A stretch of 64,000 bases of DNA, taken from contig JBHGNT010000007.1 in assembly GCA_043228905.1 (NCBI GenBank), positions 1,984,001-2,048,000 of the forward strand. Direction: 5' to 3'. The DNA is from Azolla caroliniana. Lineage: Eukaryota; Plantae; Polypodiophyta. Every line of letters begins with the position of its first letter. Position 1 is the first letter of the stretch. Of the stretch, positions 8,541 to 19,113 are shown piece after piece. A program made the position numbers and the translations under genes. The notes beneath the pieces were generated by a model, which did no database searches, had not been told where the DNA came from, and saw only the letters and a program-made list of their open reading frames with translations.

Positions 8541-10790
8541 ATGAGAGGGTCGGATCTTGCAGAAGCCATGGCTTCGACTATGGATCGGATAGTGAGTGCA
8601 CGCGAAGGCACAGGTGCCCTCGATAGGGCTATTGAAGTATTCGTCGACACGATAGGCCGGTTCGGTGGGAAGGACGCCACAAACTATTTGGAGGCTTACC
8701 GAGCCGAAATGGTGATGAAGGACATCCTGGAGGACAGGCGACTGGCCGGATTCCCTCGGGTGGTGATGCCGGGCATCCATGGGGAGGTGCTTGAGGTACG
8801 GGCTGAGAGTCAGACCCAGGAAGAGTTTGAAGGTCGGCTCCTTGAAAAATACGGGCTTGATGACGTGCTTCGGCTATCGAAGTGGGAGTTCATGGAATGG
8901 GTGGAGACCCCCGGAAAGGGGAGAAGACAGAGGAGAACGCTTTGCACGTCTTTCGGCGTTGGACTGGACCGTATTGAACACAAGTCGTGTCCTATTGTTC
9001 GTTAAATCAGTGGACGTAAGGGACCGGGAGCAAGTGAGCTTCCTGCTGGAGACTGATGACGGCCTAACAACCGACTGGGTCGTGGCAAAGAGAGTCTGCG
9101 GCCGTTTTGACAAACGGCGTGAGTGGGTCGATAAAGGCTTCACGGGGGCGGGTTCTGTTTCGACAAGGAAGGTCGAGGTAACCCCACCGGCGTGAAGGGA
9201 AGAGACCCAAGACTGGCTCGAGACCGGCTTGACTTCGACCAACATGGTCAAAGGCTCGTCCGGAGGAGCGGCTCTGGAGGAGCTGACTCAGATGGTGAGG
9301 GACCTCCAGATTGCACAAGCACGGAGGGACGGCGGCGAACAAGTCCGTGATTGAAGGCCTACGGCTGGGAACCGGTGCTTGTGGTGCGATGCGGTCGGCC
9401 ACGCTCGAAAGGATTGCGGGGACTTCACCGAAGCGATAAGAGCTAATGTGGTGTACCTATGGAACGGTCGGGTGAACGCTAGCGAGACCTGAAGGGCCCT
9501 GGATCTGAATGTTGGACAAGGGGGTATGAAACGACTGATGGAAGAAGCGGCGGCTCGCCAAGCGGAGACCGTCTACTACTCGGCGTCGGCTGGAATCCGG
9601 GTCGGAAGTGATGAAGTCCGGAAGAAGGATTCTGGCCGTTGATGTTGGAAGGCCTTGCCGGCGTACGACTGAGGAAAGAGGAAGCGGACTGCGCGGAAAG
9701 ACGGGTCCGGGAGGCAACTGGGTGGAGTGAGCCGGTCGAAGAGAAGACGGGCTTCGTTGAAGCCGCTTGCCAAAACAACAAGGTTCTGGTGGAGGACAAG
9801 CGTGCGGGTAAGACCGGAGGGGCCGAACCCTCACAACGGTATGAGACCCGGTTCAGACAAAAGCAGAATGATGCCGGTACGACCGGAGCACGAGATAAAG
9901 CCAAGAGGGCTAGGTATCGATTGAGCACGGAGATCGAGAGGACCACGGACCTGCGAAAGGTCCTCAAGGAACGTATCCTCGACAACAAAGTGGAGCTGTC
10001 ACTGAGGGAAGTGCTCGGAATCGCGAAGAAGGAGTTCCACGACTCCATCGTGGACTTGGTGAAGAGGAAAAGGCTTTCGATAGAGCTGGAGCCGGAGAAG
10101 CCAGTGGAGGTGCGAATGACGCACCTGGAAGACATGGCTCTAGAAGACGAGTTGGCAGAGAGCCACTATTCAAGGCCACATAAGGAGTTCCATGACTCCA
10201 TCGTGGACTTGGTGAAGCGGAAAAGGCTTTCGACAGAGCCGGAGCCGGAGAAGCCGGTGGAGGTGCGAATGACGCACCTAGAAGACATGGCTCTAGAAGA
10301 CGAGTTGGCGGAGAGCCACTATTCAAGGCCACATTGGGCCAGAGCAACCACGGAGACCCCCGTTAAGATCGGAAATGTTCAGGAGCTGGTGGTGGCGTTG
10401 GTGGACGACGGTTCAGAAATCAGCTTGATGTCCGTGGACTTCTACAAGAAGGGGAAGTGGTCGATCAACACCAAGCACGGGCGGAAAATATGTGCAGCAA
10501 CGCGCGCCACAGAAGAGCTGCATGGAGCCTACCCGAATGTACGAGTGAAAATCAGCGATGTCGAGATCAATCAGCACTACTTCGTGCAGGAGACGTCCTC
10601 GCATCCGGTTATACTCGGGGAACCGTACATCACGGCGGCACGGATGGAAACAAAGGTGTTGGACAACGGTTTGGCATATGCATGCATCAAGAGCCAGGAT
10701 GGGCGGCACTCGGTCCAGTTCCTAACGGTGTGACCGAACCATGAGTGTAACCGCGAGACCCTCGGTGGCGAAAATCGAGGGGATTTTTAG
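8541..10790 (+). pseudogene. Element B gag-protease (frameshifts and stops)
   Basis: Gag N-terminus; CCHC knuckle (CLWCDAVGHARKDC); protease ALVDDGSEISLM...VILGEPY; frame ends GGG GAT TTT TAG at 10790. Confidence 0.85.
10029..10334 (+). repeat. In-frame 153-bp (51 aa) tandem duplication in element B gag
   Basis: KEFHDSIVDLVKRKRLS...HYSRPH occurs twice; B2 has a single copy. Confidence 0.9.
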
Positions 10791-10824
10791 AGAGGGCTAT
10801 CAAGGCGTGGGGCCACGATATTCC
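10781..10824 (+). promoter_or_regulatory. Candidate -1 ribosomal frameshift signal (G GAT TTT, 6-nt spacer, stem-loop)
   Basis: The heptamer directly precedes the in-frame TAG, and the -1 frame is open into pol (FLERAIKAWG...). Stem GGGCTATC/GATATTCC. Conserved in B2 at 30312-30355 (minus). Confidence 0.7.
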
Positions 10825-13800
10825 AGACACCCCGGAAAAACCCCACATATGTACTATGGGCAAAAAGTCTTGTACCATAGGTAGGAAATTTTGGTTCTCC
10901 GATAGCGGAGGTTGTACGATAGCCGGCGTAGTTGGCTGGGAAAAGAAGCGGGCGGAGGAGCGACTTCAGGCATGCGGAGTCCTCAGCCCTGAAGAGGAAA
11001 TCAACGGAGCCGTGGAGGCGGTCTCTTTCGACGACACCTTGGGGAAGTTACGGGAGGTGTTCGGAGAAGGCCTTAATGAGGACCGGATGATTCCGGTATG
11101 TTCGGAAAAGATGTACGAAGTCATCACCGACTTCGGTAATGGACTCGAGTCGGATCGGACGGCCCGAGTGGATACGAAGTACAAGACTGTGGACCGGAAG
11201 GTGAGGCCAATCGCGGCACCCTTGCTAGAGGGCAACAAGTTACGGATAAAGGGGGTCGCGTCGGACCCAAGTTTACGAGATCCGACCAGCATAGGACACA
11301 CATTCACCGACATAACGCTACGGGAGCTCAAGATCGGTGGGGGTGGCTTTCTACTGCCAGCTCGGAGAATGCTCGGGAGGCACGGGAAGGCTTTCACATT
11401 CTCACCGGAGGAGATCGGGTGCGTAGACCCGATGGTTGTGGAACCAATGGTGATCTTCACGGTACCGCATGTGCCGTGGAATCTCAAACCGATTCCAGTA
11501 CCCAGAGCTCACATCCCGAAGCTGATGGAGCTGCTGAAACAGAAGGTGGAGATGGGCATCCTCTAACCGTCGAGTGCCCCATACTCGAATTGGTGGTTTA
11601 CCATGCCAAAGAAGCACGACACGTTGCACTGTATTCAAGACCTGCAGCCAGTCAACAAGGTGACCATTCGGAACGCAGGAATCGGACCGACCATAGACAA
11701 GTTCGCGGAGGCCTTCGCCAGAAGGTCAATTTACTCAGTCGGTGATCTGTACTCGGGGTACGATCAGTTCCAACTAGCCGTGGAGAGCAGGGACATTACG
11801 ACGATGCGGACTCCTCTCGGCTTAGTGTGGATGTGTACCCTCTCGCAAGGAGGGACGAACTCGGTAGCCCACATGGTGAACGTAATGAACAAAGTGCTGA
11901 GGGATTGTATCCCGGGCATCACCATGCCATTCTTAGACGACATCCCGATCAAAGGATGCCCGGTGGAGGAAAAGGATGAGATAATCGAATCGGACAGATG
12001 TCGGAAATTCGTGGCGGCCCACGTCGATGACTGCGAGAAGGTGCTGCAAAGACTAGAAGGCGCGAGGTTCACCTTCTCCGGAGAAAAATCGGCCTTCGGG
12101 CAATCAGAGATCATGGTCGTCGGACACCTATGCGGGCCATACGGTCGGAAACCGTCTCCGGCCAAGGTGGAGGCCATCTCCACAATGAAGCAAGATTGCA
12201 ATTCGGTTACGGAGGTTCGGAGATTCCTGGGAGCAGGTGCGTTCTACCATATCTGCCCACATCGCGGAGCCGCACTATGGGTTGCTGAAAAAAGGGCGTA
12301 AATTCGAGTGGAGAGACGAGCATACGGAGTCGGTCTGGAAGATGAAAGAAGCACTTGCCGCAGCACCAGCGCTCCGAAAGGCTGTCTACGGCAAAGACAC
12401 TCCGATTTACGTGACCGTAGACACGAGTCCGACCGGGATTGGATGGGTGATCAACCAAGAGGATGACGATGGCGCGAGGTTCCCCATCCGGTTCGGCGCG
12501 AAAGTCCTTTGTGAGCGACAGCGAGGATACGCCCAGGTTAAATGCGAACTCTGGTGTATCGTTTCGGCGGTCAAGGTCGATAAAGACTACCTGATCAGGA
12601 CAGAGGTGATAATCGAGACGGACTGCCTGCCGATTCTCAGCATGGTTTCCGGATGCGCGACGCCGGACCTGGTAATGCTTAGGTGGATAGCGTACATCAA
12701 GTCCCTGAATCCGGAAATACGACACATTTCCGGAAAAGACAATGCCATGGCCGACATGCTTTCGAGAGCGAGGTTCGATGATGAGGACGACATGGTTTTA
12801 GAGAACGAGGAAGTCGACGTGGACTTATTCGAGGCGGCTTACATAACAACAAGAAAGGGGAGCACTCCAATGCTTAACGAATTCGACGAAAGCAAGTACG
12901 ACGGGGAGTGGCTCCAGATTGGCGGGTTCCTGAAGACAATGACACTGGACGCAACGTGGACGAAGGAAGAGACCAACCGGATTCGGAAGAAAGCGTACCG
13001 ATTCTTCCTATGGGACGGGAGCATATGGAAGCATACGGGACGACATACCACGAGAGTCCCTGGGCCGGACACCGCGGGACATGGGCCACATTCGAGAAGC
13101 TAAACGGGAAGTACTAGTGGCCGGGACTATACCGGGACGTGCATCGGTTCGTGACGACTTGCGAAAGCTGTTAGGTGCACTCCATAGTCCAACATCGGGA
13201 TGAGTTTCACCCGACCTAACCTCCGATCGTCCACTTCAAGTGGATGGTGGATCTGATGACAATGCCGATGGGGGTAGGGCAGATGCGGTATCTGGTGCTG
13301 GCTCGGGAGGACCTGACGAACTAGGTGGAAGGCCGAGCGTTGCAGAACAAAATGACCGCGGTCGTGTGCTGATTTCTGATCGAAGAAGTGGTATGTTGGT
13401 ACGGGTGCGTAGGTAAGATCGTGGCCGACCGCGGAGAATTGGACGTGCAAGAGGCAGAGGAGCTGTTTGACCGGCTAGGGATTAAACTCTCGCTCACCAC
13501 AGCGGACAATTCGGAGGCTAATGGGAAGGTGGAACGCGGACACAGGCCGATCGTCAAAGCGTTAGTACGGGCGTGAGGAGGCCAAGTCAGGAACTGGCCC
13601 CGGCTCTTACCCTCTGCGTTGTGGGCGGACCGAACTACGCACAGTTCGGTAACCGGGTTCATGCCGGCAGAGCTAATGTACGGGCAGAAGCCGATCATGC
13701 CAACAGAGCAGACAATCTCCTCATGGGCCACGGTGGACTGGAAAGACAAGATGAGCCGGGAGGAGCTGTTAGCGGCATGGATTCGGCAGCTGGAGCGAGG

Positions 13801-14185
13801 ACCAGAGGACGTGGACCGAGCCGCGGAGAAGCTACGGGTGGCGAGGGTAAAGAACAAAGGACGGTTCGACCGAACTCACCGACTGAGACCGAAGAAGATC
13901 GAGGAAGGCGACTGGGTTTTAGTGTATGACAGCAGCCTCAACAACCACCACAAGGCAATGCGTAAGTTTGCAAGAAGGTGGTTCGGGCCTTATGTGGTGA
14001 CAAGCGCCAACGACAATGGGACCTACCATCTCGCGGAGCTCGACGGGACAAGGATGGCGGTACCGGTGGCGGGGAAAAGGATCAAAGCATTCAAAAAGTG
14101 GCACGAGGCTGAAACGGACCCGGACGACCTGGTTAGCGACAACGACCGGCTCGGAACGGATGTCGATCCGGAAGACGAAGGATAA
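10788..14185 (+). pseudogene. Element B pol (RT, RNase H, integrase), disrupted
   Basis: IQDLQPVNKVTIRNAG, DLYSGYDQ, PFLDD (RT); VDTSPTGIG, ETDC, ADMLSR (RH); ADRGE, ANGKVERGH, WFGPY (IN). No chromodomain. Confidence 0.9.
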
Positions 14186-14964
14186 GCGTGGGCCGGTCTT
14201 CTCCGGCAAGAGACTAATTTTGGTGCATACCGGTGGATGCGCGGTTAGGTGGGGGCGGATGTTGTGGAGAAAACCGTCCCTAGGCAGAAACCGGGTATAA
14301 CGTGCGTAAACCGGCCCTTACACGTGGGCACAAGTTTTGTTGTATAGTACGTAGATAGGTACAAGTCGGCTGAGGTGAAATCCTAGGTAGCGCACATTCA
14401 TTAGGGAGAAAATCGAGGCGTATCCCTATCCAAAAGGATAGGGAATAAACATGATGTAACGGGTGGTAACGGCCTCCCTCCTTGGGCTATAAAAGAGAGG
14501 GAGAGGTATAGTAAAAAGGGATCGTGTTTTTATGGAGGAGGAAGTGCTACTAGATTGGAACCGAGCTCTTCTCCTCTGTCTTCTCCATAGTCGTTCTGTG
14601 CAGGTTTTCGGGAGGCTGACTCTGCTCCGCGAGACGCTCGAGTGCTTCTGGTAGAGTCTCCATCTCTCGTTCAGTGCGTGTGTGTGTGCGTGTGTGTGTG
14701 TGCAGGCATCGGAGCCTATCACTCGCCGGCTTGCCGGTTGTAACTCCTTGATTTATATATACATATACATTAGTTCTGTCTCCATTGTTCAGAGTTAGTT
14801 GAAACTCCTGTGAATCTGTGTGTCTGTGCGCGTGTGAAGTACATCAGTAGTTTCCTTCCCCTCTTCTCATTCGGTTATTTCTTGGTCCAAGGCCCTCATG
14901 GTCCCGCCTCGTTCTCCACGCACGCCCGTAACAACGATACACCGCCAAGATTTTCCAAGCTTCG

Positions 14965-15396
14965 CCATTTTCCTGCACTAGTACTGCTCTGAGTAGTTCG
15001 TTTACTTGGTTTATCTCATTATCCTGCAACATTCTAGACACATTATTTTTATTTGCTTCTTCAACCCATTCTTTGGCTGCTTTTCTATCAGCTTCTTGGA
15101 TTTCCCATTCTGATTGTTTACCTTTACTTTTGGTGGTGACCTGCTGAATTTCCGGAACCACCATATTAACAATAGGTGCTCCATTTTCCTGCATTGGTAC
15201 TGCTCCGAGTAGTTCGTTTACTTGGTTTATCTCATTATCCTGCAACATTCTGGACACATTATTTTTATTTGCTTCTTCTACCCATTCTTTGGCTACTTTT
15301 CTATCAGCTTCTTGGATTTCCCATTCTGATTGTTTACCTTTACTTTTGGTGGTGACCTACTGAATTTCCGGAACCACCATATTAACAACAGGTGCT
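14965..15396 (-). repeat. 216-bp tandem duplication in element C gag
   Basis: SRMLQDNEINQVNELL...WEIQEADRK unit occurs twice; starts at 14965 and 15181. Confidence 0.9.
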
Positions 15397-15790
15397 TTTC
15401 CTTTGGGCTTTAGTCGAACATTGGACATTGATTTGCATAATGTCCATCCTTCCTGCAAATATAGCAATTAGGAATGGATGAACCACTGGCTTCTCCCTGT
15501 TCATATTGTGGACGTTTATCGTTATTGAAATCCTGTTCTTCTCTCTGAGAATCAGAAATTGTCTTGATGCTTTTGGCTTATAAATTTTTTTGTTTGGTGG
15601 GTTTTGTTTATTCCGATAACGACCAGCCGTTATCCCGAGGTGGTGAAAAATCCTGATCACGATTCTGGCGATATTCATATTGTCGAGCTTCCTCACGGCT
15701 TGAATCATTATTATCATTCCGCCTGTACTCATTCCAATCATTATTCGGTCGCCTCTCCGAATAATTCCGATTATGATTTCGGTCATCCTC

Positions 15791-16321
15791 CTAATACCTG
15801 TTGTTGAACTTGTTACGGTTATCCTGGTAACTTTTTTCCGAATAAATTATATTATTAAGCAAATTATATTCACATAGTTCCATGGAATGAGCTTTAGAGT
15901 GACAGATTGTGCAATGAGTACGCAAACTGCACTCTATAGTCGAATGCCCAGTATTAAGACAAGTGGTACATTGTACTGCTTGTCGAAACTGTAACTCTTC
16001 TAGAGTCGGCAGAGTATGGTGTAACGCCGACATATCCATACTTTTTATATTTTGTGGATTCCGACCCATAGCAATGGCCTTATCAATCACTTGCTCAATT
16101 GACTGATTTCGGAAATCAAACACCGCTAGTGTTCTTCGTAGTGGTTCACGAATTGCCTCTAGAAAGATATCCTTTAGTTCGTGATCTGGAATTGGCCTGG
16201 AAATTTGTAGCTGTAGATTCTGAAATCGAATGACAAATTGTGACACAGTTTCATGCGGTTCTTGATACAATGCATAAAATTGAGCTATCAGATCCTTCTG
16301 AGGAATCTGTCGATGAAACAA
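15791..16321 (-). pseudogene. Element C gag core (retrotransposon Gag domain plus two CCHC knuckles)
   Basis: LYQEPHETVSQFVIRF; CTTCLNTGHSTIEC and CTICHSKAHSMELC. Confidence 0.8.
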
Positions 16322-16981
16322 TTGAAGAAATTTGTTGGATAATTGTTTGAATGTTTAGGACACTTGGAAACCATTATGAGAAAACCAATTTGTCGATTGG
16401 CCATATAATGACAAAACAAACTCAACTATTTTAGACTTATCCTCGGTTGCGGCCGATAGTCGCTGAGCTCCATGTTGTCAAGAAATCCCTAATATGCGCT
16501 GATGCAGAAGGGTAAGGGTAATTTCGAGTAAGGGTAAGGCATATTGTCTTCACTCCAAATATTGTAAAATGATACCTCTTCCGATTAATCTCCGTCTGAC
16601 TATCTGTCAGTTAAGTCGGGAACTGAAGACCACCTCCAACTTGTTTCTTGTTGTACCTACCATCGCAGCAGAATCCTCTTCGACACGCTTTGTAACCGAA
16701 CGTGTACAAGGACGTTTACGATCGACTGGTGTATGCGGACCAAATGACGACATCCATTCGACTTGTTCTCTACTAATTGCAGATGTAACTGGGCATGCCA
16801 AAATTATACTATGTTGTTCGGTCGGCACTCTACTCCGTCACCGAAACCCAATATAGACGAACGTTATATTCCGAACGTTGTCGTAGTGTATTCCACACAC
16901 TAAGTTAAAACCATAAAATAATATATCCGATTTTAGATACATATAAATAAATAAATAATATATCAAAATATTTATCACGTG

Positions 16982-17051
16982 CATAAGGCAAGATTCGAAC
17001 CTTATACCTCCACGTAGCCAAACCTCAACTTTACCATTATGCTACCTTATC
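16982..17051 (-). other. tRNA-like / Pol III A-B box module inside LTR C
   Basis: Minus strand reads GATAAGG TAGCATAATGG...GGTTCGAATCT TG CCTTATG: A box, B box and a 6-bp acceptor-like stem. Confidence 0.5.
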
Positions 17052-17900
17052 TTTAATGTTTTACAAATAGATTTAATAACTATAAGTGCTTTATTTGCGC
17101 CTACCTTTATTAAAAGGTAAATCATGCATTTTTAGAGTGCGCGAATATTTTATAGAAAAACGCAAGCAACTAAAAAGTGACTCATGCACATCTAGCGTGC
17201 ATGAGCACTATATTTAGCAAATAAAAGCAAGGATTAGAAAAGCATCACATGCACATTTAGTGTGCATGAACATATTAGAAAAAATCATGTAGCTATGCTT
17301 AGTCTCTCCCATCACTATATAAGGATGGGGAGCACATTGTAGTTTTTGTTGATTTTTTTTTCTATAATGATCAATCAATCTAAAATATTCGTGGGATTCA
17401 CGAATTTGCTAAAATAATTCTCTCTTACTACCTAAATATTGACTAAATATACTAAACTCATGGGATTCACAAGATTCTTATCTTATAACTCTTTATACCT
17501 ATTCTTTACTAGCCTTATTTGTATTTTTCTTCCTCCTAGTCCAAAACCTCGGCGGTTCCCACCCGACTCACGCAACGATCCGGAGCCGAAAGGCACGACA
17601 ACGTTCTATCAAAGAATTCTAGAGTACGAATGGATTAGACTTTGTTAATCATGTATTACGATACGATATTCTGTATCTTGATCGGTTCCGTTAGTTAGTA
17701 TAGTTATAGCAGAACAACATGTAGATTTATAAAAAATACCGATACAAGTGCTCAGAGTTCTACAACTAACAAAACTATATTAACTAAGAAAACAAACAAT
17801 CTTTTTACAATGCCTTCAGTTCCTTTTATAGGTAACCATAAAGGCTTTCTCATCAAGAAATACATATTGCCTTTCTTGCAAGAACTACACAACTTATAAC

Positions 17901-18562
17901 CATAGATTGACACATGCATGATATTCGTGATATTCTTCATGCACAATATTCTCCATATTCGAGAATACGAAATGGCCCCAAGAATATTGAAAAACTATTC
18001 GTTTTGCAAAATAAATATAAAATATTTATTTATTTATTTAAATAAATTTATTTCACCAAAAAAAGAACAATTATTCATTAATAGATTATAGTGTCAAGAG
18101 AGTTTATAAAACTTATTTTAATTAATCTTTTATTTTTTTATTTTTTTTAAAACGAATATTTTTATATTTATTATACAAATATGATTAGTATGAACTTTGA
18201 AGATATAATTAGTTTGAAGTACTACATATAATGTCAAAATAAAAATATCCATAAATTTTGAGGGAATAAAAAGTGAGAAATTAATGAGCGTTTATTTTAT
18301 TTTATTTATTTATTAAAAATAAAACAAATACTTATAACTTATAAGTTATACATTTATTATAAAAATTTGGTACTCTCAAATCCCCAAGTCCCTCTTTTAT
18401 TATCCCTATTTCTTGTCAAGTTCCTTTTTTTTATCCTAGGAAATTTAAAAAGACAGAGTTTTTTTTTTTTTTGAGTTAAACGAATATTTGACCACCCATT
18501 CGTATTCGTATTCGTTTGCATTCGAATGGGAAACCCGACGAATGAGAATATGTGAATCTATG
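17901..18562. mobile_element. hAT-type MITE (CATAGATT family, 662 bp)
   Basis: TIRs CATAGATT...AATCTATG; perfect 8-bp TSD CTTATAAC; left end homologous to 48229-48330. Confidence 0.9.
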
Positions 18563-18806
18563 CTTATAACTAACTTAATATTCAGTAATTTATTATTTCC
18601 GCAAAATGTTGACTCATCGATCCTCATCGTCAATCCGACCCCAACTTCGACTCCGACTACACTTGTTCAACAACCCCTTGTCCGGGTAACAATGGTTGTC
18701 TTGTTCATCATATCGAATAGTTTCTTTTTTTCTACATGATAGTTTTTTTTTGTTTTTTTTTAATCTTACTCGTACGGCTTGAAATACCTGGCCGTACTAG
18801 GTGTCG

Positions 18807-19113
18807 TTAATGCACCGGCTTCGTTGTAGACGAAAGTGCACCGGTTTCCAGAACCTGTTGTTCCTCCAGTTGCTTGAATGGGTTCTCCGGCATTGGGGCT
18901 TTATATGGTTTAAGCCGGAAACCATTTATCCATTTGTCCAACACCTCGCCGGCTAGCGTGCCTAGTTGGTAAGATCCCTTGAATTCCCTTATAATCCAAA
19001 ACGTTCCAATCAACCGAAACCGCAGCTTCCCCGGCATCTTGCCCATCCGGGTCTGGAATACTAGCACTGGCTTGCCGATACCGAATTCTTTCTCGTTTCC
19101 TCGTCTGTGCCGG
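18807..19113 (-). pseudogene. Element D integrase C-terminus (Athila/Tat-like)
   Basis: GKLRFRLIGTFWI...GSYQLGTLAGEVLDKWINGFRLKPY, a GPY/F-type integrase tail. Confidence 0.75.

Larger units (their letters stand above)
7812..14941 (+). mobile_element. Element B: full-length but degenerate Ty3/Gypsy (non-chromovirus, Trp PBS) with non-matching TSDs
   Basis: LTRs at 7812-8496 and 14260-14941; PBS 8501-8518; PPT before 14260; domain order gag-PR-RT-RH-IN; flanks GTGT vs CCGC. Confidence 0.93.
14942..17719 (-). mobile_element. Element C: truncated Athila/Tat-like Gypsy (5' LTR plus gag)
   Basis: LTR 16812-17719 bounded by the inverted ends TGTTGTTC...GAACAACA. tRNA-Arg-like PBS TGGCATGCCCAGT at 16788-16800. 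gag downstream, cut by element B. Confidence 0.7.

Noticed and set aside
16812-19113. Tandem element sharing LTR C with the upstream integrase tail
   Set aside because: No polypurine tract adjoins the LTR at 17720; insertion of C into the 3' region of D is more likely.
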